From NCBI GenBank assembly GCA_963677485.1, contig OY781964.1:4096001-4160000 (forward strand): 64,000 nucleotides of DNA, read 5' to 3'. The notes below the pieces were generated by a model. It was given only the letters and a program-made list of their open reading frames with translations, had not been told where the DNA came from and made no database searches. Below are positions 1 through 10,576 of this stretch, one piece after another. Made by a program: the position numbers and the translations under genes. How positions within the stretch are numbered: position 1 is the first letter of the stretch; every line of letters begins with the position of its first letter. This stretch comes from Armatimonadota bacterium. Lineage in GTDB: Bacteria > Armatimonadota > HRBIN16.

Positions 1-1
1 C

Positions 2-2929
2 TGGAACGGCAGCGGTGGCCCATGGATTACCCCGGACAAGTCGATGCAGAAAGTGGTGTTTACCGAGACCACCGTGGAGGGTGGGCAGGATGTCAGCGTG
101 CAGTTACCGCAGCCTGAAACCATACGAGGTTACTACAAAGACATCACGGTGATGGCCTTCCCAAAACGTGGTAGTTACCGTGTGCCTGACATTGCAGGTA
201 AGGCAGCGTATGGGCTGGGAGGAGCTGGTCAGCCGATCGGCGCAGTGCCGTCTGACAGCGTGATATCGGCGGACAGCATCATCTATCTAGACGCCTCAAT
301 GGATGCGAATGGAAAGCTTAGCTGGAAGGCTCCTGCTGGCACATGGACGGTCATGCGGTTTGGACATACCACCACCGGTGCTGTGAATGGGCCGGCACCA
401 GCTACGGGCACTGGGCTGGAGTGCGACAAGCTGAGTGTTGAGGGGGCTGAAGCGAACTGGTACGGCATGATGGGCAAGCTGCTGGCTGATAATAGGCAAT
501 ACGTGGGCAAGAGCCTGGTGGCGACGCACGTGGATAGCTGGGAAGTCGGTTCGCAGAACTGGACAGAAAAGATGCCAGAGCTGTTCCGATTCCACTCTGG
601 GTATAGCCTGACTTCATATCTACCTGCTTTCGCTGGCTATGTAGTGAACAGCGGTGAGGAGACCGAACGGTTCCTTTGGGACCTGCGTTCCACTATCTCG
701 TTTGGCGTGGTGAATAACTATGCGGGCACCATCCGAAAATTGGCGAACAAGAACGGCTTGCGTTTCACCATTGAGGCCTACGGCAGTCCATGCGACTATC
801 TACCATATGCCAAGCAGGCCGATGAGCCGATGGGTGAGTTTTGGATTGGGGCCGGTGCGATTGAAAGCTGCCGAGGCATGGCGTCCGCAGGGCATATCTA
901 CGGCAAGAACATCATCGGTGCCGAGTCGTTCACTGCGGGGTCTGACGAGCGCTGGCTGCAGTATCACGGCAGCATTAAAGCGCTAGGTGACCGCGCGTTC
1001 TGTGAGGGCATCAACCGGTTTGTGTTCCATCGATATGCCATGCAGCCATGGGTCAACCGTGAACCTGGGATGACCATGGGGCCTTGGGGACTACACTACG
1101 AGCGCACCACAACCTGGTGGCAGCAGTCAAATGCCTGGCACAAGTATCTCGCTAGATGCCAGCAGATGCTGCGCACCGGGCAGTATGCGGCCGATGTATG
1201 CTACCTGCAGCCAGAAACACCGTTCCGAGGCTTTGAGATGCGGCAACTCAACGGCTACGCCTATGATGAGGTCACGCCAGAAGCGGTGATCAACTTGATG
1301 ACGGTGAAAAACGGCCGATTTGTGCTGCCAGGCGGCATGAGCTATCGGCTGATGGTGCTGCCAGGTGAGGTCCGAATGACGCCGACGCTGGTCAGCAAAG
1401 TGCGCGACTTGGTGAAGATGGGTGGAGTGGTGCTGGGCAGTTTACCGAAACTGACTCCCGGGCTGACATACTATCCTGCGAGTGATGGCAAGCTGAAAGC
1501 GGTCACGACTGAGCTGACTGCTTATTCCGCTGCCAAGCGCCCAGCCGGCGTCGGACGTGTGCTGAGCGGAATGTCCCCCGAAGAAGCGTTGAAGATGATG
1601 GGCGTGGCCCCGGACTGCGGACGTATCAGCGGCGTCAGCATGAACTGGATACACAGGCACCTGGCCGATGGGGAGCTCTACTTTGTAGCCAACCCATCAA
1701 GTCTGGCACAAGAAATTACCCTCTCTTTCCGTGTGAAGGGCATGGTTCCTGAGCTGTGGCATCCTGAGACCGGTACTGTTGAAACGGCGGCTGTGTATGC
1801 ACCCACCGCGCAAGGCACCTCCGTGCGGCTGTCGATGCTTCCGCAGGAGTCCGTGTTCGTGGTGTTCCGGAAGGGAACCAAGCCGTCATTGCGGCTCGCC
1901 AGCCTGAAGCTCAACGGCAGCACCGTGGTCGCGCTCAGCAAGGCCTCTGCGAAGCCGTCCGCCTCCTTGCTGCAGGTGGTTTCAGCCAGATATGGTCTCT
2001 TCTCCGACCCATCCCGCACCATCGACGCGAAACCCAGGGTGGATGCCCTTCTGGCCAAAGGTGTGGAGCAGTTCCGGGTGGCCGATCTGGCGATTGGCGG
2101 CGACCCTGCGTTCAACATCGTGAAAACAGCCGAAATAGTGGTTAAGAGCAAGAACCGTACCTACACCGTCACTGGCACCGACCCTGAGATGGTCAGTCTG
2201 TCTGACCCCGAGGGTGTGGTGGCGAACCGCGCCAGCGTGCGGCCGCTTGATGCAAACAGCGCCCAACTGACGGTGTGGAGTGCCGGGAAATACGAGCTCT
2301 CTGCGTCCGACGGCAGGTCAATGGTGAAGACGATCTCTGCTTTACCCAAGGCAAAGCCTATCACTGGTCCTGTGAAGGTGCAATTCCAGCCAGGTAAAGG
2401 CGCACCAGCCTCCATCGTGATGCCGGAACTGGCCTCATGGAGCGAGAATTCAAACCCTGGCGTGAAATACTTCTCAGGAAGCGCGAACTACCTTCTGAAG
2501 GCAAAGATGAGTGCCTCTGATCTGGCACCTGGCCGCTGCTGGATGTTGGACCTGGGTAATGTGAAGGTGATTGCGGAGCTGACAGTGAACGGCAAGAAGA
2601 TTGTCACGCTTTGGAAGAGCCCATACCGATATGACATCACCGGATGGCTGCGTGCGGGAGCGAACAACATCGAAGTTCGCGTGACGAACCTGTGGCCAAA
2701 CCGCCAGATCGGTGACGAACTGCTTCCCGATGACAGTGAACGGCGAGGCGACGGCACGCTGGTGAAATGGCCGGAGTGGGTAGATGGCGCCGGCGTCAGC
2801 CCGACAGGGCGTGTGAGCTTCACAAGCTGGCGTCTGTGGGGTAAGAATGATGCTCTGCAGCCGTCCGGGTTGATCGGACCGGTGGTGCTTCGCCCTGGAC
2901 AGAAAGTTCAGGTAAAGTGGGGTGAATAG
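2..2929 (+). CDS. GH106-family alpha-L-rhamnosidase-like glycoside hydrolase, 5'-partial
   Basis: Frame is open from base 2 (WNGSGGPWITPDKSMQK). Motifs GLECDK, DSWE, MGEFW, AESFT, GINRFVFH and a C-terminal LWPNRQIGD...PSGLIGPV typical of GH106. Confidence 0.85.
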   Translation, partial: WNGSGGPWITPDKSMQKVVFTETTVEGGQDVSVQLPQPETIRGYYKDITVMAFPKRGSYRVPDIAGKAAYGLGGAGQPIGAVPSDSVISADSIIYLDASMDANGKLSWKAPAGTWTVMRFGHTTTGAVNGPAPATGTGLECDKLSVEGAEANWYGMMGKLLADNRQYVGKSLVATHVDSWEVGSQNWTEKMPELFRFHSGYSLTSYLPAFAGYVVNSGEETERFLWDLRSTISFGVVNNYAGTIRKLANKNGLRFTIEAYGSPCDYLPYAKQADEPMGEFWIGAGAIESCRGMASAGHIYGKNIIGAESFTAGSDERWLQYHGSIKALGDRAFCEGINRFVFHRYAMQPWVNREPGMTMGPWGLHYERTTTWWQQSNAWHKYLARCQQMLRTGQYAADVCYLQPETPFRGFEMRQLNGYAYDEVTPEAVINLMTVKNGRFVLPGGMSYRLMVLPGEVRMTPTLVSKVRDLVKMGGVVLGSLPKLTPGLTYYPASDGKLKAVTTELTAYSAAKRPAGVGRVLSGMSPEEALKMMGVAPDCGRISGVSMNWIHRHLADGELYFVANPSSLAQEITLSFRVKGMVPELWHPETGTVETAAVYAPTAQGTSVRLSMLPQESVFVVFRKGTKPSLRLASLKLNGSTVVALSKASAKPSASLLQVVSARYGLFSDPSRTIDAKPRVDALLAKGVEQFRVADLAIGGDPAFNIVKTAEIVVKSKNRTYTVTGTDPEMVSLSDPEGVVANRASVRPLDANSAQLTVWSAGKYELSASDGRSMVKTISALPKAKPITGPVKVQFQPGKGAPASIVMPELASWSENSNPGVKYFSGSANYLLKAKMSASDLAPGRCWMLDLGNVKVIAELTVNGKKIVTLWKSPYRYDITGWLRAGANNIEVRVTNLWPNRQIGDELLPDDSERRGDGTLVKWPEWVDGAGVSPTGRVSFTSWRLWGKNDALQPSGLIGPVVLRPGQKVQVKWGE

Positions 2930-2941
2930 AAGGCGGAATAG

Positions 2942-3017
2942 TGGTGGGCCCGGCTGGATTCGAACCAGCGACCAATCAGTTATGAGCCGACTGCTCTAAC
3001 CACTGAGCTACGGGCCC
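2942..3017 (-). tRNA. tRNA-Ile2 (anticodon CAT, lysidine type)
   Basis: Reverse complement GGGCCCGTAGCTCAGTGGTTAGAGCAGTCGGCTCATAACTGATTGGTCGCTGGTTCGAATCCAGCCGGGCCCACCA. Cloverleaf with CAT anticodon and encoded CCA; body resembles ileX rather than tRNA-Met. Confidence 0.85.
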
Positions 3018-3033
3018 TCAGGGCAGCTTCTGT

Positions 3034-3062
3034 ATTATAACAAACCTGCCTGGGTTGAGCAA
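3034..3062 (-). promoter_or_regulatory. sigma70-type promoter of tRNA-Ile2
   Basis: Minus strand TTGCTC-17 nt-TATAAT with a TG extension, just upstream of the tRNA. Confidence 0.6.
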
Positions 3063-3091
3063 TACTCAGGCAGAAAACCAATGAGGATAAT

Positions 3092-4075
3092 ATGACATCA
3101 CGTGAACGGGTCTTAGCAGTCATCAATCACCAGCGGCCAGACCGTGTGCCAATCTATGGATGGGTCGTGGCAAACCTGAGCGAGCAGATCAACCAAAAAT
3201 GGGGAAGCCTAGCCGCATTTGAAGACAAATACGAGTTCGATTACGCCCACCTGTTCGGGGGGCCAGGCAACTACCGCGGCGAAGATATGGCCGAGTGGTT
3301 CAAAACTTTCAACATGGATACCGAACCTGGCACGCTGCTTGATGTCCCTTTGACAGACCCGAACGTCTCCGGTGACTACGATGGCTTGCGTGCCGAAGTG
3401 GCGCACCATAAGGTACAACGTGACAAATGGGTGTATGTGCAGACGAACGGATTTTTCGAATGTCATAACGGGCCCTACGGTATCGAAAACCACCTGGCTT
3501 ACCTTGCCGAATACGAGGACCAACTGCACGAAGTGTACAAACGGCAGGCTGAGTGGACCATCCAGTTTGCTAATAACTGCCTGGATATCGGAATAGACAT
3601 GATCCACATCTCGGATGACTGGGGTGGCCAACACTCGTTGATGTTCAACCCGCGTGTCTGGAAGCGGCTGATCGCACCTTATCATAAGATGATTATCGAC
3701 GCGGTGAAAGCGCGCGGAGGATATGTCAGTCTGCATACCGACGGCTGTAACAGCAGCGTGGTGGATGGCATTGTAGAGCTCGGTTTCGACGTGGTTCATC
3801 CCTGGCAGGAGAGTGCAGGCATGAGCTACGAGCTGTATGACCAGTATAAAGACAAGTTCACTATCATGGGCGGCCTGGATGTTCAGACCACCATCGGCTT
3901 CGGCCGCCTAGACGCTCTGGTGGCGGACATCGAGCGGGTGTTGGGCCGGTTCCGTGACGGCAATATGCTATACTGCACCTCGCACTTCGTGCAGGACCAC
4001 TGCAGCATGGAGGAGCTTGAGCTGGCGTTTGACACCGTGCTGCGGGTCGTGCGCGAGCAGCAGGCGAAAGGGTAG
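3092..4075 (+). CDS. Uroporphyrinogen decarboxylase/MtaA-CmuA family protein
   Basis: MTSRERV...PDRVP start, DDWGGQ, LHTDG and GGLDVQ motifs of URO-D-like proteins. Confidence 0.8.
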   Translation: MTSRERVLAVINHQRPDRVPIYGWVVANLSEQINQKWGSLAAFEDKYEFDYAHLFGGPGNYRGEDMAEWFKTFNMDTEPGTLLDVPLTDPNVSGDYDGLRAEVAHHKVQRDKWVYVQTNGFFECHNGPYGIENHLAYLAEYEDQLHEVYKRQAEWTIQFANNCLDIGIDMIHISDDWGGQHSLMFNPRVWKRLIAPYHKMIIDAVKARGGYVSLHTDGCNSSVVDGIVELGFDVVHPWQESAGMSYELYDQYKDKFTIMGGLDVQTTIGFGRLDALVADIERVLGRFRDGNMLYCTSHFVQDHCSMEELELAFDTVLRVVREQQAKG

Positions 4076-4079
4076 GGAA

Positions 4080-4220
4080 GAAGAGCAGAAGTTAGGAGAG
4101 CAGGAGATAGGAGATGCTGTATCTTCTCCTATCTATCTGAACTTAACCGCGTAATCCGTGGTTCAGACAACCCAGCGGTTCAATCTCTCCTGACTCCTGC
4201 TCTCCTTACTCCTTACTCCA
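4080..4220. repeat. Intergenic composite inverted repeat (purine-rich arms around TCTGAAC...GTAATCCGTGGTTCAGAC)
   Basis: GGAGAGCAGGAG on the left is complementary to CTCCTGCTCTCC on the right. Inner TCTGAAC at 4136 and GTTCAGA at 4161; the motif recurs at several other loci. Confidence 0.7.
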
Positions 4221-4232
4221 TGCCCCCACGCC

Positions 4233-5393
4233 CTACCCGTTTTCCTTCCACTTTCCATCAGCTTTCAACAGGGCCACTAACTCCGCCACGCCATCGGACT
4301 GATGCACTGTCTTCACGGGCTGCTTGCCGCGGTAGAGAGTGATCTGGCTGGCGCCTTTGCCTACGTAGCCGTAATCCGCGTCCGCCATCTCGCCAGGACC
4401 GTTCACAATGCAGCCCATCACCGCGATGTCCAGTCCAACCAGGTGCTGCGTGGCCTCGCGAACCTCGGAAAGCACCCGCTGGAGGTCAAACTGCGTCCGG
4501 CCGCAACTGGGGCATGCGATATATTCCACTTTGGTTTTGCGATGCCCGGTGGCTTGAAGCAGCTCGAAACAGACCGGTATCTCCTTCTCAGGGTCCTCAG
4601 AAAGGCTGACTCGGATGGTGTCTCCGATGCCCTCCAGAAGCAGCGTGGCGATTCCCGCGATGCTCTTGGTGCGGCCGTAGCTGCCGTCACCCGCTTCGGT
4701 CACTCCAAGGTGCAGCGGACAGTCGAGACCCTCTTCGGCCATGCGAATCGCTGCCAGGCGGTTCGCAGCGAGCATGGTAGGAACACGACTCGCCTTGAAT
4801 GAGATGACGATGTCCTCAAAACCCAGCTCCCGGCAGATGCGTGCATACTCCAGCGCGGACTGCACCATGCCCTCGGGCGTGTCGCCGTAGCGCAGCATCA
4901 TGCGTGGCGCCAGGCTGCCATGGTTCACGCCCAGCCTCAGGCAATGCCCATACGCACGGAGCTCAGCGAGCAGGGGAGATAGTGCGTCGGTGATCTGTTG
5001 TTCAGCTTCCGATTCGCTCCAAATTTCATCTGCCGGCTGCATCACATACAGACCTGGGTTGATGCGCACTTTGTCGACGGCGCTCGCCACCCGTATGGCG
5101 ATCTTCTGCCCGGTGTGGTGGACGTCGGCAATGAGCGGAGTATCGCAGCCGTCAGCCAGAAGCTGCTCGCGGATGCGGTGTGCAGCTTCTGCATCGGCCA
5201 TCGTGGGCACAGTAAAGCGTACTGCTTCAGCACCGGCCTCAGCCAGTCGTTTGACGGCCTCCACCGCTGCGGGCACGTCGTGAGTGGGCACATTGATCAT
5301 CGACTGCACCAGAACCGGTGCGTCTCCGCCAATGAATTGACGGCCAAGTGCGATCTTGCGTGTATGTCGGCGCGGGTATTCGGTTTGCCACAT
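4233..5393 (-). CDS. ispG: 4-hydroxy-3-methylbut-2-en-1-yl diphosphate synthase
   Basis: [60 protein letters not shown]. Start placed at MWQTEY (5393). Confidence 0.95.
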   Translation of the reverse strand: MWQTEYPRRHTRKIALGRQFIGGDAPVLVQSMINVPTHDVPAAVEAVKRLAEAGAEAVRFTVPTMADAEAAHRIREQLLADGCDTPLIADVHHTGQKIAIRVASAVDKVRINPGLYVMQPADEIWSESEAEQQITDALSPLLAELRAYGHCLRLGVNHGSLAPRMMLRYGDTPEGMVQSALEYARICRELGFEDIVISFKASRVPTMLAANRLAAIRMAEEGLDCPLHLGVTEAGDGSYGRTKSIAGIATLLLEGIGDTIRVSLSEDPEKEIPVCFELLQATGHRKTKVEYIACPSCGRTQFDLQRVLSEVREATQHLVGLDIAVMGCIVNGPGEMADADYGYVGKGASQITLYRGKQPVKTVHQSDGVAELVALLKADGKWKENG

Positions 5394-5514
5394 GTGGTGT
5401 ATTATCCCCAGGTAAAATCGTGTCATGTTCATTTTACACCCATGCCATGGTGTGACGTTTGTTGCATCGATTGGGCGGCGGAGGCATAATATTAAATGAG
5501 AGGTGATGTGATAC

Positions 5515-5835
5515 ATGCCCACATATGGTTACCGATGCCAGGACTGCGGCTACGAGTTTGAGGAGTTCCAGAGCATTACTGCCGACTCCCTGACCGTATG
5601 TCCGAAGTGTCAGGGTGAGATCAAACGGAAAATTTTTGCCGCCGGGATTATTTTCAAGGGTTCGGGATTCTACGTGACAGATAACGCGAAAGCGGTAGCA
5701 CCTGGCGTGGTTCCACCCAGCGAAACGCCCTCCAGCGATACTCCGTCTACCGAAACCCCAACTACCGTTACTTCAACTAGCGATGCCTCAACTGGTGGTT
5801 CTACACCAACCGCACCGTCGAGTGATATAAAGTAG
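5515..5835 (+). CDS. FmdB-family zinc-ribbon protein with Ser/Thr/Pro-rich tail
   Basis: [12 protein letters not shown]...CPKC...[12 protein letters not shown] signature; RBS GAGGTG. Confidence 0.85.
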   Translation: MPTYGYRCQDCGYEFEEFQSITADSLTVCPKCQGEIKRKIFAAGIIFKGSGFYVTDNAKAVAPGVVPPSETPSSDTPSTETPTTVTSTSDASTGGSTPTAPSSDIK

Positions 5836-5843
5836 CTACGATG

Positions 5844-5881
5844 AAAATGGCGTTGCAGAACACAAACTGCAACGCCATTTT
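5844..5881. terminator. Bidirectional intrinsic terminator
   Basis: AAAATGGCGTTGCAG / CTGCAACGCCATTTT perfect 15-bp stem between convergent genes. Confidence 0.8.
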
Positions 5882-5908
5882 GATTTAGAATCTACGGATC
5901 AAATCGGC

Positions 5909-7117
5909 TCAGTCCTGGTTATCACCCAACTGGTTAATATCATTGGTTATCTGCTTCATTTCTGGCATAGGTTCGTCGGTGATCTCGGTTGGGTCAAAGC
6001 CCATTTCGTCTTCTAGTGTCATAAACAACCCAACGATCGATGAGCCCATGAATGGATCCTGGCCGTAGCCATCCCCGGTTTCAGACGAATACCACTCTCT
6101 GTAGCTGCTTTTATCCAGTATATTCAATGACAGTTTGGCAAGCGCGGTGGCTTCATCCATGAACCCATATTTGCGCAACCCTTGGAACACAAGGTAGTTT
6201 ATGGAGATATACGTGCTGGCTCGCCAGTTCCTGCCCTCTTCACCTTCAATCAACTCATCGCGATACCCCGGTTCGGTGGCAGCCAAGGCGGGGATGGGAT
6301 AACGGCGCCAAAACTCATCAGGGTTCATCAAGTGCTCTTTCACCAAACGGTCGGCTTGCTCTTGCGTGCAGATACCGGCGAATAAGGGAAAGAATGTGGA
6401 GACTGCTTTAACGGGAATTTGCTCATTCGTGCGGACATCAAGGTCGAAATACATCCCTTGTTCTTCATTCCACAATAGCGACTGAATCGCATCGGTTCGT
6501 GTATTGGCGGCTTCCTGCCAGCGTTCAGATTCAATGGATCGACCGACCCGCTGATATAGCAGCGATAACGCCTGGCACTCGCGCACCAAAGTAGCGTTTA
6601 AGTCTACGCCAGCACAATAGGCCTCGCCATTTTTACCAAGACGTTCCGTCTGGTTTTCCATTACATGGCTGGCGCCTTCCCATACACTGAGGTTTATGCC
6701 GCTGACATCACGCCGAAGCATCCAATGGGTCAGATACTTTTCCAACGCATCCAGCAGGCCATGGGTGACCCAACCCCATTCATTGATGTATGCACCGGTC
6801 AGCACGCATGTTTGAGCTAGCCAAGGCTTGGCGTGTTCTCCGCGGGTACTGGCGATAGGTGGTACGGATCGCGGCAGCAGGCCTGTGTTTCGATCCTGGT
6901 ATGCGAAAAACACACGAACTCCATTTAATGCGAATACCGGAGGCCAGCCTAGATAAAACTGTGTGATCGCTTCAAAATACTGATCGTAGTCAAATAGCGT
7001 TTTCTTCGTATATCCGGAATAGATGGTAAGCCTTGTTCGGTCGTTGGTGTGTTGTCCGCTCTTCATTAGCTCTCTAGCTTCAGTGGCAAGATCAGCTAAT
7101 AAAAGTCTCTCATCCAT
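5909..7117 (-). CDS. GH63/trehalase-like (alpha/alpha)6 glycoside hydrolase
   Basis: LFDYDQYF, VDLNA, LWNEEQGMYFD, WRASTYISINY and REWYSSETG motifs; RBS GGGAGG before MDERL. Confidence 0.7.
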   Translation of the reverse strand: MDERLLLADLATEARELMKSGQHTNDRTRLTIYSGYTKKTLFDYDQYFEAITQFYLGWPPVFALNGVRVFFAYQDRNTGLLPRSVPPIASTRGEHAKPWLAQTCVLTGAYINEWGWVTHGLLDALEKYLTHWMLRRDVSGINLSVWEGASHVMENQTERLGKNGEAYCAGVDLNATLVRECQALSLLYQRVGRSIESERWQEAANTRTDAIQSLLWNEEQGMYFDLDVRTNEQIPVKAVSTFFPLFAGICTQEQADRLVKEHLMNPDEFWRRYPIPALAATEPGYRDELIEGEEGRNWRASTYISINYLVFQGLRKYGFMDEATALAKLSLNILDKSSYREWYSSETGDGYGQDPFMGSSIVGLFMTLEDEMGFDPTEITDEPMPEMKQITNDINQLGDNQD

Positions 7118-7272
7118 ACATACATTCCTCCCAGTCATAAGACATCCTTATATATTGTGACCGATAACGAATTATAAAAGTATGTGAATTCTCAGGATTA
7201 TACAAGGAATATAGGTGCAGTTTCTCGAATACTAATAAGAAGACGTGCCATTCCATCATACGAGGAAATATC

Positions 7273-10200
7273 ATGCAGAAATACCCCCAAGTCACTCAGA
7301 CACGTATCCGACGATTCATCGACTGGACGCTGGCCCCACTGATCTGGAAGGATCAAGTGGTGATGCAGGCGTCGATGGCTCAACCCGACCATAATCTCGA
7401 CCCTTCACTGGCCCATACTGTGGACTATGCGCCGATAAACCCAGGGCAAGCTTGGGGACCAATCTGGAGTAATGCATGGTTTAAGCTGGAAGCTCAAGTG
7501 CCTGAACAATGGGCGGGCAAACCGCTGGTGGCACGGATAGAATTGGGTTCAGAAGCCACCGTCTGGGATGGCAGTAATCCGGTTCAAGGCATTGATCATA
7601 ATCACCGCGAACTAAATTTGACTGACTGTGCAGAATCTGGTCATGTTTATACCCTTTACGTGCGAGCCACGGGAATGAACCCTAATGTGCAGTGTGAAGT
7701 GGAGCCATGGGAGCCATCAAGCACGCCGTTTGTGTTTCAGTTCGCGTTCCTGAACGTGGTGAATGATCCGCTGCTGCAGCTTTATTGGGATGTGAGCTTG
7801 TTGCTGGACATCTACAACAACATGCCAGATACGGAACAACCGCGGAAGTCGAACATACTGTATGCCATGAATGATGCGGTGAACCAGTTTGACGAAAATG
7901 ATGCTGATACCATCGCCGCGGCGCGTGAAGCCATGGCTTCGGTATACGATACACCGGCTCACGCCTCGTCGCATCAAATCACGGCGATTGGTAATTCCCA
8001 CATCGACAGTGCCTGGCTGTGGCCCATCGAGCGCACCCAGCATAAATGTATGCACACCTTCAGCACGGTGTTGAACTACATGAAGAAGTATCCAGAATAC
8101 CGCTTCCTGGCATCGCAGGCCGTGCAGTATCAATGGATCAAGGACTTGGCCCCGGAGTTGTTTGAGCGCATTAAGAAAGAGGCGCAAGAGGGCAACTGGG
8201 AGGTGGCCGGCAGCATGTGGGTGGAAGCCGACTGCAACATCACCGGCGGCGAAAGCCTGGTGCGGCAGGTGGTATATGCCAAGCGGTTCTGGATGCAGGA
8301 GTTTGGCATTGAGACGGTGGAACTGTGGCTGCCCGACGTGTTTGGATATAGCGCCGCACTGCCTCAGATACTCAAAAAGTCCGGTGTCGACTATTTCCTG
8401 ACGCAGAAGATCAGTTGGAACCAGTTTAACAGGTTCCCACATAGCAGCTTTATGTGGAAGGGCATCGACGGCACGGAGATATTCAGTCACTTCCCACCGG
8501 TCGACACCTATGTAGCCGGCGTGAACGCGGATGAGCTATATAGAGCCGTCAAGAACTACGGTGAGCACGACCGGGCGAATATGAGCGTGATGCCTTATGG
8601 TCACGGCGATGGGGGCGGCGGCCCGACCATCGAAATGCTTGAGCGGTTACGGCGTTTGAAGGACTTTGAGGGTCTGCCCAAGGTGGAGCAGGGCACCATC
8701 CGCGGTTTCTTCGAAGATGCCATCAAGCAGAGCGATGATTGGCCGGTGTGGGTTGGCGAGTTGTATCTTGAGGTTCACCGTGGAACATACACCACACAGG
8801 CCAGAACGAAGAAGGGCAACCGCAAGAGCGAATTCCTGCTGCGAGACGCGGAGTTCTTCGCGCTGATGACCGACCCTACGGGTGCCAGTTACCCGCATAA
8901 GGTGCTGGAAGATGCCTGGAAGAAGGTGTTGCTGAATCAGTTCCACGACATCATTCCTGGCTCATCGATCAATGAGGTCTACAAAGACGCAGAGGCTGCG
9001 TATGCCGAAATCGAGCAGACAGGCTTGGCAGTCGTCAACACCGCCCTGGGCAGCCTTGCCACCAAGATCGACACCACCGAGATGGAAAACCCGGTGATGG
9101 TGACACGCAACCTGGATGGTTTCGTGATAGGCTCTGTTGCGAAGGTGCCATTGCCAGACGGGTTCACACCCAAGTCGGTAAGCTACGATGATGATACCCA
9201 TGCTGTCGTGCAGATCATAAATGAGGATGGTCAGCGGTGCGCCCTCTTTAGTCCTACGACTGAAGAAGATGGACATGGGTACACAGTCTATGACCTGAGC
9301 ACTAAGAAACCTGGTGATGAAGGTCATGACCTTAGTGTCAATAACCGGTTGATCGATAATGGTGTGCTTCGTGTTGAGTTCGACGAAAATGGTCTCATCA
9401 GCCAGATTTTCGACTACGAAGTAGGCCGTAATGTGATGCATGAAGGCGACAAGGGCAACCTTCTTCGTCTGCATGATGACAAGCCAAACTCATACGACGC
9501 CTGGGACATCGACCTGTTCTACAAAGAGAAATACGAGGATCTGACATCGCTTGACTCCGTAAAAGTGATCGAGCAGGGCCCGATCCGCGCGGCTCTGCGG
9601 TTCGAGCGATCCTTCGGCAGCAGCCATATCAGCCAAATTGTGCGGTTGGCAGCCGGCAGCCGACGCATTGAGTTCGTGACCGATGTGGACTGGCACGAAC
9701 GGCGCAAGCTGCTGAAGGTGGGCTTCCCTGTGGAAATCAACAGCTCACGTGCGACGTATGAAATCCAGTATGGCAGTGCAGAGCGGCCAACCCACATGAA
9801 CACAAGCTGGGATATGGCCCGGTTTGAGGTTTGCGCTCAGAAGTGGGCCGACCTCAGCGAAGGCGACTACGGCGTGGCACTCATTAACGACTGCAAGTAT
9901 GGGTATGACATCCTTGGACGGACCCTGAGGTTGTCGCTGCTGAGATCACCCAAGGCACCAGACCCTCAGGCTGACATGGGCCATCACCGGTTCACTTACG
10001 CGCTGATGCCGCACCTTGGTGACTACACTATGGGCGGAGTGGTAGAACATGCCTACGACTTGAACAGCCCGAGCCGGGTGATGATGCTTCAGCCCAACCA
10101 GCCTGGCATGTTACCGAAGGAACTGACCGTGTTCCAGGTGGACCGAGAAGGTGTGATGATTGAGTGCATCAAGCGAGCCGAAGATGACAACTCTGTGATC

Positions 10201-10410
10201 GTGCGGTTATACGACGCATGGAACAGCCGCGGTCCCGTGGTGTTGACCACACCGCTGGATGTCAAGCGCGCGTCACTGGTGGACCTGATGGAGCGTGAGA
10301 TCAGCGAGATCGACTGCACCGCAGGCGATATTACGCTGGAGATCCGTCCGTTTGAGATACAGACCATCAAGCTGGAACTCAGCGACGACCCTCTGGGCTT
10401 ATACGAGTAG
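7273..10410 (+). CDS. GH38 alpha-mannosidase
   Basis: SHIDSAWLWP, WLPDVFGYS, YGHGDGGGGP, WVGELYLEVHRGTYT and LLNQFHDIIPGS motifs. Confidence 0.93.
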   Translation: MQKYPQVTQTRIRRFIDWTLAPLIWKDQVVMQASMAQPDHNLDPSLAHTVDYAPINPGQAWGPIWSNAWFKLEAQVPEQWAGKPLVARIELGSEATVWDGSNPVQGIDHNHRELNLTDCAESGHVYTLYVRATGMNPNVQCEVEPWEPSSTPFVFQFAFLNVVNDPLLQLYWDVSLLLDIYNNMPDTEQPRKSNILYAMNDAVNQFDENDADTIAAAREAMASVYDTPAHASSHQITAIGNSHIDSAWLWPIERTQHKCMHTFSTVLNYMKKYPEYRFLASQAVQYQWIKDLAPELFERIKKEAQEGNWEVAGSMWVEADCNITGGESLVRQVVYAKRFWMQEFGIETVELWLPDVFGYSAALPQILKKSGVDYFLTQKISWNQFNRFPHSSFMWKGIDGTEIFSHFPPVDTYVAGVNADELYRAVKNYGEHDRANMSVMPYGHGDGGGGPTIEMLERLRRLKDFEGLPKVEQGTIRGFFEDAIKQSDDWPVWVGELYLEVHRGTYTTQARTKKGNRKSEFLLRDAEFFALMTDPTGASYPHKVLEDAWKKVLLNQFHDIIPGSSINEVYKDAEAAYAEIEQTGLAVVNTALGSLATKIDTTEMENPVMVTRNLDGFVIGSVAKVPLPDGFTPKSVSYDDDTHAVVQIINEDGQRCALFSPTTEEDGHGYTVYDLSTKKPGDEGHDLSVNNRLIDNGVLRVEFDENGLISQIFDYEVGRNVMHEGDKGNLLRLHDDKPNSYDAWDIDLFYKEKYEDLTSLDSVKVIEQGPIRAALRFERSFGSSHISQIVRLAAGSRRIEFVTDVDWHERRKLLKVGFPVEINSSRATYEIQYGSAERPTHMNTSWDMARFEVCAQKWADLSEGDYGVALINDCKYGYDILGRTLRLSLLRSPKAPDPQADMGHHRFTYALMPHLGDYTMGGVVEHAYDLNSPSRVMMLQPNQPGMLPKELTVFQVDREGVMIECIKRAEDDNSVIVRLYDAWNSRGPVVLTTPLDVKRASLVDLMEREISEIDCTAGDITLEIRPFEIQTIKLELSDDPLGLYE

Positions 10411-10427
10411 ATAGGCTGCATATCCAC

Positions 10428-10462
10428 AGGCCGAGGTTCTTTTAGAGCCTCGGCCTTGTTTA
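10428..10462 (+). terminator. Intrinsic terminator after the alpha-mannosidase
   Basis: AGGCCGAGGTTCT / AGAGCCTCGGCCT stem followed by TGTTT. Confidence 0.7.
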
Positions 10463-10576
10463 CTTTTACCGCTTGGGATATAGGGTATAATTCATGCATA
10501 TTCCGGCCGAGTGCAGGAATATCATCTCGTAAACCCACCCCAGGGTTTCGACCTGGACCTGATAAGGAGGCCAGGA

